A stretch of 64,000 bases of DNA. It comes from Longimicrobiales bacterium (GTDB lineage Bacteria > Gemmatimonadota > Gemmatimonadetes > Longimicrobiales > Gaopeijiaceae). How positions within the stretch are numbered: the stretch's first letter is position 1; each line of letters begins with the position of its first letter. Both the position numbers and the translations under genes were made by a program. Shown one piece after another: positions 1 through 9,659 of the stretch. Under the pieces are notes generated by a model that was given only the letters and a program-made list of their open reading frames with translations, did no database searches and was not told where the DNA came from. The stretch lies in contig CBDANQ010000056.1 in the NCBI GenBank assembly GCA_965197725.1, positions 1 to 64,000 of the forward strand, given 5' to 3'.

Positions 1-244
1 TTCTCGAAGAGCTGGAAGAGCGGTAGCCCGACCGCTGTGGGCCGCGATCCCCTTGACCCCGCACCGGTGTGCGGAGTGTAGGTGAGGGCGGATCGGTGCG
101 GTTCCGAATGACGGGAGGACGATGTGAAGGATTCGATGAAGGCCGTCACGGGCGGCTTCTAACGCGTGTACCTTCTAGTGACTCGCCACCGAACGAGTTG
201 GGTGGCGGGAGACGCACGAGGCCCAAGTCCGAATCGGCACGAAG

Positions 245-924
245 ATGCGCATCCTAGTCGTGGAAGACGACAAGAAGGTGGCGAGCTTCCTAGAGAAGGG
301 GCTCCGGGAAGAGGGCTATTCCCTTGACGTGGCTCACAACGGTGACGACGCGCTCCTCAAGGCACACGTGCACGACTACGACTTGCTCGTCCTCGATGTC
401 ATGCTGCCCGGCAAGTCTGGTCTAGAGATCGTCCGGGAGCTCCGCGGGAGGGAGCGCCAGGTGCCGGTACTCATGCTGACCGCTCGCGATGCCCGCGAGG
501 ACGTCGTCATGGGTCTGGACGCCGGAGCGGACGACTACCTCACAAAGCCGTTCGGCTTCGACGAGCTCCTGGCTCGCATCCGCGCGCTGTTACGCCGGGG
601 CGGCGCCTCACGACCGGATCGGCTTCTGTATGACGATGTCGAGCTCGACCGCGTGAAGCATGCGGCACATCGCAACGGTGAGAGACTGGACCTAACTCCC
701 AAGGAGTTCCAGCTCCTGGAGTTCTTCCTCCTGAATCCGGAGCGGGTGGTTCGGAGAACGGAGCTACTCGAGAAGGTGTGGGACCTGCACTTTGACCCGA
801 TGAGCAACGTCGTTGACGTCCATGTCGGGCATCTCCGCCAGAAGCTACGCGCCGACGAGGACGACGAGCTTCTTCATACCGTGCGGGGGGTCGGCTACGT
901 CTTTCGCAGAGCGGTCCCGAATGA
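245..924 (+). CDS. OmpR-family response regulator (CusR/CzcR-like heavy-metal type); probable 1-nt frameshift near the 3' end
   Basis: MRILVVEDD...LDVMLPG...DDYLTKPF...LTPKEFQLL...SNVVDVHV...HTVRGVGY. The expected ATGA stop/start overlap at 921-924 is out of frame, so the ORF runs on to 1063. Confidence 0.9.
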
Positions 925-2372
925 AGCGGTCGTTCCGGGTCCAGCTGGCACTGAGGGCCACCGGCGTCATGGCGCTGGGCGCTCGGGGGCCGTCTCCATT
1001 GCCAGCGTTCTCGCGCTCGGCGCGATTCTCGACCGGGGATCGACGCCACGATTCTCAACGTAGCGGCGATTCAGACCGCGTCGCTGACCGACGCCGCCTC
1101 GGGCGAGATGCACTTCCACGAATGGGAACTTACTCCCGACGAGGCGGCTTCAGTGCGAGAGCTGGGTGCGCTATGCTCAGGTCTGGCAGGCCGACGGCGT
1201 GAGTCTGTTACGCAGCCAGTATATGACCCAAGATCTCCCACTCGACGCCGAGCACCTCAGCCGGGCGGAGGAGGGAGAACTCGTATGGACCAGATCGCAG
1301 TTCGCCGGCGGTCGAATTCGGACGCTCTACTATCCGCTCAGCCGGCTCGGGCCGGCGCACGACGGGCACGTGCTTCAGGTCGCAGCCCTGCTTGACGGGC
1401 GCGACGCCATGCTCGCTCGGGTGAGCGTTTTCCTCGCGCTCCTGTCTCTGACGGTGACGGCCGGGACCTTCGCGGGGTCGTGGTGGCTAGCAGACCGGGC
1501 CGTGCGCCCGGTCCACGAGGTGATCGACCAGGCCGAGGACGTCGGCGCACGGTCCCTGGATCGGCGCATCCAAGCGCATGCGGCTACCCGTGAGTACCAC
1601 CGGCTGGTGGACGTACTCAACAAGATGCTCGGCCGCATCCAGGGGGCGTTTGAGGCACAGCGCCGCTTCACGGCGGATGCGAGCCACGAGCTACGCTCGC
1701 CGCTCACGGTGATGCGAGGTGAGCTCGAACTGGCGCTTCGGAGGGACCGGGATCGTGAGGAGTACCGGCGCGTGCTCGGCAGCACGCTTGAAGAGGTCGT
1801 GCGTCTGTCGTGGATCACGGAGAACCTGCTGATCCTCGCGCGCTCGGACGCCGGCTCTCTCGAGGCGCGCCGCGAGCCCGTCGAGGTCGTGGGCATAGTC
1901 GCGCGTGTGCTCGAGAGGCTCGAGCCACAGACGACGGCCAAAGAACTCCGGGTTCGCTTCGTTCACGACGGTGACACCGACACGGAGGCGGACCCAGGCC
2001 TCCTGGGTCAGGTCGTGTGGAACCTGGCGGAGAACGCGCTGAAGTTCACTCCTGGAGGCGGCGAGATCGGCGTCCTCGTGAAGCGTACCGAGGCCGACGT
2101 CACGATCGAAGTGACAGACTCGGGGCCGGGCTTCCCGGATGTGGGAAGACGATCAAGTGTTTGCACGATTCTTCCGAGCGGATCAGGCACGGACCCACGA
2201 CGACGAGGCGAGTGGGACGGGGCTCGGACTCGCGATCGTCAAGGCCGCGACGGAGGCGCACGCGGGTGAGGTCAGCGTCGAGAACCTCGAGCAGGGCGGC
2301 GCGCGCGTCACGGTGACACTGCCTCGGGCGCATTCAGGCGTCACATCGACCCAGGAAGGAGGCACATCATGA
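921..2372 (+). pseudogene. Sensor histidine kinase (CusS-like), split by about 4 frameshifts (real or sequencing indels)
   Basis: MKRSFRVQLALRATGVM starts at 921, followed by pieces in successive frames (to 1063, 1108-, 1166-2269, 2139-2372). H-box FTADASHELRSPL, N-box NLAENALKF, G1 DSGPG, and FARFFRAD...GTGLGLAIVK in the last frame. Confidence 0.88.
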
Positions 2373-2490
2373 GGCCGTCGCCGCCGGCATGCAGGCGGGT
2401 GACTTCGATTCGCTCGACACACTCTTTGCCAGGTCAACGGAGACGTCGCGTTCGGCTCGTCATCGTGGTCAGCTCTCGCCTCTATGCGTC
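2369..2490 (+). pseudogene. Heavily deleted remnant of a small SnoaL/NTF2 (DUF4440)-like gene
   Basis: Strong RBS GGAAGGAGG plus ATG at 2369, then short patches EAVAAGMQAGDFDSLDTLFA and QVNGDVAF in different frames. Confidence 0.4.
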
Positions 2491-3186
2491 AGTAGATGAG
2501 TCGCACACCGAACCCAAGTCGAAAGCTACCGGAGTCCAGCTCACCAGGGCAGAGGGTCACCGGTGCCCCTCCTTCCTACCCACTTTAGATCGACGTAGGG
2601 GGCGAACTTCCGTCGGACCTCGTATCGGCTCCTTACGCCCAGCTCGATCGTGCGCAACCCCTTTCGCCTCGCCAGATCGGCGTCGTCTATCAGAAGCGCA
2701 TCTAGCTGGAGCGTAGGCTGGAGGACCAGGCGCTGGGTGAGGAAGAGATCGGTCTCGGCCCCGAGCCGGAGGCCTCGGTCGTCCGTCGTCGCTCACGAGC
2801 CCCAACGCTTCCACTCTGAACCAATACGGAGCCAAGCCCATGACTCCGAATGCCAGGTATGCCTGGGAGACCGGCTCGACCTCCTGTCGATACCCGACGA
2901 CGACGTCCCAGAAGCGGCGGGCGTAGTGGCCGTAGAGCACCATAAGCTCCGCGTCCCCGAAGGCACCGTCGAGTCGCTCACCGTCGGTGCTCCACCAGAT
3001 GCGATCGAAATCGGTTCCGAACCACCCACTGGCTTCCCAGGTCCCCACCGTCGGTCCTGAAGAGCGGGAGGCGTGCAAGTCGAGCTGCGAGAAGTGGAAG
3101 ATGGCGTTGTCCAGCTCCTGGGCGGTAAGGCCAGGGGCCGCGCCGAGCGCCCCGAGGACCATGAGGAGGCCGGCACGTCGACTCAC
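2489..3186 (-). pseudogene. copB: Copper resistance protein B (outer membrane), frameshifted
   Basis: Signal peptide; GWFGTDFDRIWW, GVMGLAPYWF; a shifted frame gives DLFLTQRLVLQP...RYEVRRKFAPYV and a last frame gives FRLGFGVRLIY* (stop 2489-2491). Lies directly downstream of copA. Confidence 0.85.
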
Positions 3187-4870
3187 GAATCCGCCTCCGC
3201 GTCGGCCGTCCGGTCGGCTACCTCGACTCGGGCGAACATCCCCGTCATCATGTGGAAAAGCAGGTGACAGTGGAACGCCCAGGGCCCGGCCTCCTCGAAA
3301 CTGATGTCCGCTTCCACCGTTTCGAACGGCGGCACGCTAATCGTGTGCTTTCGTGGCGCGTGCGAGGGGTCCTGTCCGTTCTGCAGCTCCATGAACACCC
3401 CATGCAGATGCATCGGGTGCTCCATCATCGTCTCGTTCACGAACCGAAACCGTACACGCTCCCCGACACGCAGCCGAATGGATCGGATCGGGACAGCTTC
3501 TTGTCGTTGAGCGTCCAGAAGTACCGTTCCATGTCACCGGTGAGGCGGAAGACCACGTCACTGTCGGGCTCGCGAACGTCGGCGTTCGGGGTCAGTGAAC
3601 GGAGGTGGGAGTACTCGAGCTTCGGGTGCACCGTGGGCGCAGCGGACCTCACGGCGTGATCCAGCAGGGGGGCGGTGTCCGCCGGCATGTCCATACCGGC
3701 CATCGCCATGTCCTGGCCATCCATGCGCATCGTCCGCAAGGGCCGTGGACTCATCGGTGGGATCGTAGCCTCTGCACCCTCACGTTCCGCGAGGGTTCCC
3801 CGGGCGTAGCCACTCCGGTCCAACGTTTGCGCGAAGATCGTATAGGCCTGGCTGGCCTCTGGCTCAACCACGACGTCGTACGTCTCCGCGACCGCTATCT
3901 GGAGCTCCTCGACCGTGACAGGCTCGACGTCTTGACCGTCGGCCTGGACAACGGTCATGGGGAGACCGGGGATCTTCAGATCGAAGTAGGTCATCGCTGA
4001 CGCGTTGATGATCCGCAGGCGTACTCGCTCGCCGGCGCAGAAGAGCCCCGTCCAGTTCTCGTCCGCAGTCTGCCCGTTGAGAAGAAAGGTGTACGTGGCG
4101 CCCGTCACGTCCGCGATGTCGGTTGGGTCCATTCGCATGCGCCCCCACATGTCCCGATCGCGGATCGTGGCTCCTGCGTCATCGAAAAGGTCCCTGAAGA
4201 ACCGCGGTAGGGTCCGCTTCCCATAGTTGTAGTAGCCACCGTTCCCTTTGAGGTTACGAAGGACCTCCATCGGATGCTCGTCCGTCCAGTCCGAGAGTAC
4301 GATCACGTGCTCTCGGTCGAACTCGACCGGATCGTCACCCGCCGGCTCGATGACGATAGGGGCATACACGCCCTGCTGCTCCTGCCCCCCCGAATGGCTG
4401 TGGTACCAGTACGTCCCGCTCTGTCGGACCCGGAAGCGATAGGTGAAAGTCTCACCGGGTCCGATCCCCGCGAAGCTGAAGCCCGGAACGCCGTCCATGT
4501 CGAATGGCACGAGGAGCCCGTGCCAGTGCAACGACGTCTCCTCATCAAGGTTGTTTGTGACGCGGAGGATCACCTCCTGGCCCTCCTTGAATCTGAGGAG
4601 CGGGCCGGGGATCATGCCATTGATCGAGCGGGCTTCGGCTGAGTCACCGCTGAACGATACCCCGAGTCGGCCCACCGCGAGGTCGTACTCCGCAGCCTCG
4701 AGGGGACCGCCGCCCGCGGGTTCGAGGGCCGCCCAGAGCGTCCGGGGCTGGAGGCCGATACCTGAAAGCACGCTGAGGCCGGCGGACATCTTGAGAAACT
4801 CGCGCCGGTCGATGCGAGCGGTTTCGGTAGAGACCGTCAGAGAATGTGACGCGCTTGAACGTACGGCCAT
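3183..4870 (-). pseudogene. copA: Copper-resistance multicopper oxidase, one frameshift near 3480
   Basis: Tat motif RREFLK; HWHG, WYHSH and RMDPTDIADVTG in ORF 3437-4930; HPMHLHG and WAFHCHLLFHMMTGM in ORF 3183-3440. Confidence 0.92.
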
Positions 4871-5146
4871 CGAGCGCCGGCTCCCGGGAGGTGGAATGCG
4901 ACACGAGAAGGTCCAAGCATGAGGCCGCAATGGTGAATAGACCGTGAAACGAAGATGAAGGAGTCTTCACGAGCCCCGCTTCGCGTCGGGAGAGCGAGAG
5001 TACGACACACCCAAGGGGTTCGTCCGTGCGGTGGCGATGAACGAGACCGTCATCCATGCCGGACCGTCACCGAGTGCCGTGATCTACGCTCTTGGGGACG
5101 GGGGATCTGTCTTCAGTTCGGAGCCATGCATCAACGCCGGGGGGCT

Positions 5147-7216
5147 TCAGGTCCGGCCCTTCAACCACTCGCGAAAGACCTCCTGCGAGCGGACAGGCGC
5201 CGCGCCGTCTCCGGGTTGTACGTGTGTGTTGTCCAGCGTGGCGTTGAGGACCCTGGCCTTCCGATTATCGGCCAGTTGGATGTCGATGAGCTGCCGCAGC
5301 TCCGCCTTCACATCGGGATCGTAGATGGGGAAGGCCACCTCGATCCGGCGACTGAGGTTGCGCTTCATCCAGTCCGCGGAAGCCAGGTACATCTTTTCCT
5401 CTCCACCGGCGTGGAAGATGTAGATGCGGGCGTGCTCCAGATAACGATCCAGAATGCTCCGCCCGGTGATGTTCTCACTTTGGCCCGGCAGCCCGGTCGC
5501 GAGGCGGAAGATCCCACGGACGATGAGCTGGATGGGCACCCCGGCTTTCGAGGCCTTGTACAGCTTCTTGATGATCTTCGTGTCCTCGAGACTGTTCATC
5601 TTGAGGATCATTCCGGAGGGCTTGCCCGCCCTGGCCGCTTTGGCTTCGGCCTTGATGAGGTCATAGAACCCCGACCGCATCGTACTCGGGGCCACAAGGA
5701 GGTGCTTCGGCATGAGCTCCTCGATCTCTCCCGCCAGAAACCTGAATACCTCGCGGACGTCCCGGGTCAGACGCTCGTCGGTCGTAAGCAGCCCGTGGTC
5801 GGCGTACAGGCCCGCGGTTTTCTCGTTCAGGTTTCCGGTGGCCAGATAGGCATAGAGTCGATGCCGGTCGCCTTCGCGGCGCCTCGCCATGGCGAGCTTG
5901 GCGTGCACCTTCAGGCCCGGAATGCTGTACATCGTGTTCACGCCGGCGGCTTCCATACGGTCCGCCCATTCGAGATTCGTCGCTTCATCGAATCGCGCCT
6001 GAACCTCCATGAAGACGTTTACCTTCTTGCCGGCCGCCGCCGCTTTGAGCAGTGCGGTAAGCACTGCCGAGTCCTTGGCGACGCGATAGACGGTCAGCCA
6101 CATCTCGTCCACGTCAGGATCGCCGGCGGCCTCGTCCAGGAAGCGCACCACGGGGTCGAAGGGCTGGTACGGGAAGTGGGCGATCCGGTCCTTCTCCCGC
6201 ATCAACACGAAGATGGAGGGGGCGCCGTGCAGGACGGGGTGCGGGATGGGCTCCCATCTAGGGAACGACAGGTCGTCCCGGTCGAAGCGCGGAAACCCGA
6301 AGAAGTCACTGAGATTGTGGTATCGCCCACCCGCGATGAAGTCGTGGTCGGAAAGGGACAGCCATTCCTTCAGGCGGGAAATAACGTCTTGAGAAGCCTC
6401 CTTGTCGTACAGGAACCGGCTCGGAAGCCCCGTCTCACGCTTCCCCAGGCTCTTTCGGATCGCCTCCACCAGGGTTACGCCGAGTTCATCCTCGTCCTCC
6501 AGGTAGAGGTCGGCGTCCCGCGTGAGCTTCACCGCGAAGGAGTCCCCCACGTGCTGGTCGGGGAAGAGCGCGGGGAGGTTGTAGCGGATGACATCGTCCA
6601 GGTACATGACCAGGTTCCTCCCGTCATCTGCGGGAAGGACCACGAATCGGTCGACCGGCGGGCTCGGAACTCGAACCAGGGCGTACCGCGGCCGTTCTTC
6701 CGCGGTGCCCTGGCCCCTGGACCAGAGCTCCACGACCAAGTAGATGCCCCCGTTCTCCAAGGCCGGCGTGCCGGGGTCCGACTCCAAGACAACGGTCCCA
6801 AGGTGGCGCTGAACTTCGCGATGAAAAAACTCCGCCAGGAACTCGCCCTGGGCAGACGAGACGGAGTCGTCTCGAATCAGAAAGATCCCGTTGGATTCCA
6901 GGAGCGGCAGCACCTCGCCCCGCAGGAGCCGGCCGTACTCTTCCTGTTGATTGAACACGGTGCGCTGGAGCTCGTGCAGGAGCCGGCGCGGACTGAACCC
7001 GAGGTTTTTCGTGTCGGCATCGCCGAGGCGCAGCAGCTTCCTGAGGGACGCCACCCGCACGCTGAACCATTCATCGAGATTCGAGGAAAAGATCGCGCAG
7101 AAGAGCAAGCGCTCCAGCGGGGGCACCGTCGGGTCCGCAGCCTCTTGGAGAACCCGGTCACTGAAGGCCAACCAACTCACTTCCCGGTCGATGAACTTGT
7201 AGTCGGAAGAGGGCAT
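5147..7216 (-). CDS. ppk1: Polyphosphate kinase 1
   Basis: FIDREVSWLAFSDRVLQEA, HFPYQPF, ARFDEATN, KVHAKL, RYLEHARIY, SADWMKRNLSRRIEV. Confidence 0.97.
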   Translation of the reverse strand: MPSSDYKFIDREVSWLAFSDRVLQEAADPTVPPLERLLFCAIFSSNLDEWFSVRVASLRKLLRLGDADTKNLGFSPRRLLHELQRTVFNQQEEYGRLLRGEVLPLLESNGIFLIRDDSVSSAQGEFLAEFFHREVQRHLGTVVLESDPGTPALENGGIYLVVELWSRGQGTAEERPRYALVRVPSPPVDRFVVLPADDGRNLVMYLDDVIRYNLPALFPDQHVGDSFAVKLTRDADLYLEDEDELGVTLVEAIRKSLGKRETGLPSRFLYDKEASQDVISRLKEWLSLSDHDFIAGGRYHNLSDFFGFPRFDRDDLSFPRWEPIPHPVLHGAPSIFVLMREKDRIAHFPYQPFDPVVRFLDEAAGDPDVDEMWLTVYRVAKDSAVLTALLKAAAAGKKVNVFMEVQARFDEATNLEWADRMEAAGVNTMYSIPGLKVHAKLAMARRREGDRHRLYAYLATGNLNEKTAGLYADHGLLTTDERLTRDVREVFRFLAGEIEELMPKHLLVAPSTMRSGFYDLIKAEAKAARAGKPSGMILKMNSLEDTKIIKKLYKASKAGVPIQLIVRGIFRLATGLPGQSENITGRSILDRYLEHARIYIFHAGGEEKMYLASADWMKRNLSRRIEVAFPIYDPDVKAELRQLIDIQLADNRKARVLNATLDNTHVQPGDGAAPVRSQEVFREWLKGRT

Positions 7217-7388
7217 CCGTTTTCCTGATGTCGAGTCGAGACATTCACACGCAAGCCGCCCGCAGCGTATGTTACATCGCTTCAGGTGACAACCTGATGC
7301 AGTCGCTCGGTCCGCGGTTCCACCCAGTTGGACCCGTCGGCCGTCACTGCCCCGTGGACTCCACGTGCATCACCAGGGAGGCGAAGAA

Positions 7389-8255
7389 ATGGTGAGCAGG
7401 AGCGCACTGTTGTTCTCATCCGCCGTATCTCTCGGCCTCGTGGCCGCGACTCAGCTTCCGCCGACGCTGACGGAGCGGTATGACCTGGAGAACCGGTCCG
7501 CCCGACTCAGCCTACCCCATCGCCTGGACGAGGTGTCGGGGCTCGCCGTCACGGATGATGGGCGTGTCTTCACGCACGGAGATGAACGCGCCGCCATCTA
7601 CGAGTTGGATCCTGCTGAAGGGAAGATCCTCAAGAGATTCTCTCTCGGCGTGCCCGTGCTTTCCGGTGACTTCGAGGGAATCGCCGTCGCCGATGAGCGG
7701 TTCTTCCTGATCAGCAGCCAAGGCCTTCTCCTGGAGTTCCGTGAGGGCGCTGATGAGGAGTCGGTATCGTTCCGTGGGGTCGATACGGGCCTCATGTCTC
7801 GCTGCGAAGTGGAGGGCCTGGCCTTCGAGCCCGCCACGCAGGCCCTCTTGGCCGCGTGCAAGACGGTTCCGAGGCGGGACCGAGGGTTCATCGTTCTCTA
7901 CCGCATTCGGCTGTCGCATCTCTCGGCGGAGGCTGAAGCTATTCGGGTGCCGCTGGTCGATCTCGAGGCGGTGGGGCTCGCTCCCCGCTTCGCGCCGTCG
8001 GGCGTGGAGGCAGACCCCGACACCGGCACGCTGATCCTGATCTCGGCCCGCGACGAAGCGATCCTGGAGATCACGCCCTCCGGGGAGGTCGTCGCCGGCT
8101 TCCGCTTCGGATCGCGTCGACATCCTCAGGCGGAGGGCATCGGATTCCTGCCGGATGGCACACTGCTTCTGTCGGACGAACGCCAGTCGAACAGGGCTCA
8201 CATCACGGCCTATTCGCGCCGTCCAGCGCCTCCAGGAAACGCTCTAGAAGGGTGA
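7389..8255 (+). CDS. Exported SdiA-regulated/YjiK-like beta-propeller protein
   Basis: Signal peptide; repeats EVSGLA, DFEGIA, EVEGLA, APSGVE, QAEGIGF...LLLSDE. Confidence 0.8.
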   Translation: MVSRSALLFSSAVSLGLVAATQLPPTLTERYDLENRSARLSLPHRLDEVSGLAVTDDGRVFTHGDERAAIYELDPAEGKILKRFSLGVPVLSGDFEGIAVADERFFLISSQGLLLEFREGADEESVSFRGVDTGLMSRCEVEGLAFEPATQALLAACKTVPRRDRGFIVLYRIRLSHLSAEAEAIRVPLVDLEAVGLAPRFAPSGVEADPDTGTLILISARDEAILEITPSGEVVAGFRFGSRRHPQAEGIGFLPDGTLLLSDERQSNRAHITAYSRRPAPPGNALEG

Positions 8256-8707
8256 TAGGAAAGGGGGGTGGGCCGCCACCCGTGCTGTCGCACGGGTCGC
8301 GGAGCTTCGAAGGCATAGCCGTCGCGGGCACCGCCGCCGAAGGCGGTGGTCCGAGGAGCTCCAACGACGGAGATGGGGCCGTGCCATCGCAACCCACAGA
8401 TCCGTATGTTCATGTCGCACGCGGTGTTGAGCACATGGCCGCTCTTCGTCACGCGATGTCGTTGGCCGCTCTCGTCTTCGGCGTAAAGAACGTACGCGAG
8501 AGCTGACCCGCCCAGGGATTGGCGCTCCAACTGCCCTATCGACGCGGGAGGCGCGGAAATCTCCCTTCCACCGATTCCGGCGTGGCGGTACCATTATTGA
8601 GGATCTTCCGCGCCATTTGGTCCCCTACTCACAGCCAGAACGACGGAACCATGGCCCCCGAGCTGTCGCACCAAGTCTCCAACCCCGAGCGAGACCTAAG
8701 GACGCTG

Positions 8708-8764
8708 GGCTGGCACGGTGATCGAGTCTGGTACCGCAACGTGAAGCTTCGGGAGTTGTGGTGA
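8708..8764 (+). pseudogene. C-terminal remnant of a DUF1080 (3-keto-disaccharide hydrolase-like) gene
   Basis: HGDRVWYRNVKLRELW* resembles the DUF1080 C-terminus and overlaps the proC start; the upstream body is missing. Confidence 0.6.
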
Positions 8765-9579
8765 GCGACGGGGCGAGGGTCGCGATCCTCGGAGTCGGCA
8801 ATCTCGGGAGGGCGTTGGCGACTGGTTGGGTACGTGCTCGACTGTTCACGGCTGCCGAAATCACGCTCACCCGGCGCGACTCAGCCAAGCTCGGAGACCT
8901 GGCCCAGTCGGGTCATCCCGTCGGGTCTGACAATGCTTCTGCCGTTCGGGACTCGGACGTGATCGTACTGGCGGTGCAGCCGCAGCAACTGCACGCGCTC
9001 CTTGAAGAAATCCGAGGGGCGCTGGACGCGGAACGGCATCGTCTGATCTCTGTGGTCTCCGGGGTCTCGATCCGCCAGATCCGCGACGCGCTCGGTGGGA
9101 CGGTGCCCCTGGTGCGTGCGATGCCGAACACGGCGGTCTCCATCGGCGAGTCGATGACCTGCCTCTGCTCCGCCGGCGGCGACAGCGCGCCGCTCGCCCA
9201 AGCGTCCGAGCTTTTCGAATCTGTGGGCCGCACGCTCGTGATCGAAGAGGAGATGATGGTACCGGCCACCGCACTGTGCGCGTGCGGGGTGGCGTTCTTC
9301 CTCCGATGCGTGCGGGCAGCCTCACAGGGAGGCATCGAGATCGGCTTTCACCCGGAAGAGGCACTGCTACTCGCCGCCCAGACCGCCAAAGGCGCCGCCG
9401 CGCTCGGCCTCAGGGAGGACTCGCACCCCGAGGGCGAGATCGACCGGGTTACGACGCCGCGGGGCTGCACGATCGCCGGCCTGAACGAGATGGAGCATCA
9501 AGGTCTCAGTTCGGCGATGATCCGCGGCATTACGGTTTCGGCCAAGGCGGCGGAGGGGCTGTACCGTTCGAGTGACTGA
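8758..9579 (+). CDS. proC: Pyrroline-5-carboxylate reductase
   Basis: ILGVGNLG, VRAMPNT, VTTPRGCTIAGL. Confidence 0.95.
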   Translation: MVSDGARVAILGVGNLGRALATGWVRARLFTAAEITLTRRDSAKLGDLAQSGHPVGSDNASAVRDSDVIVLAVQPQQLHALLEEIRGALDAERHRLISVVSGVSIRQIRDALGGTVPLVRAMPNTAVSIGESMTCLCSAGGDSAPLAQASELFESVGRTLVIEEEMMVPATALCACGVAFFLRCVRAASQGGIEIGFHPEEALLLAAQTAKGAAALGLREDSHPEGEIDRVTTPRGCTIAGLNEMEHQGLSSAMIRGITVSAKAAEGLYRSSD

Positions 9580-9659
9580 GAAACTTTACACCGACTTCGA
9601 CGCGGCATTCTCGGAGGGCTGATCTCGTTCGGACTCTGATTCCATCGCCGCTGAGCAGT

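Noticed and set aside
4955..7228. 757-aa plus-strand ORF and other long antisense ORFs (e.g. 10266-11579, 23498-24769, 27644-28873)
   Set aside because: These are shadow frames of real genes, expected in high-GC DNA, and show no recognisable motifs.
7268..7295. Pho box between ppk1 and the YjiK-like gene
   Set aside because: The TGTCAC and TGTAAC half-sites are 15 bp apart rather than 11.
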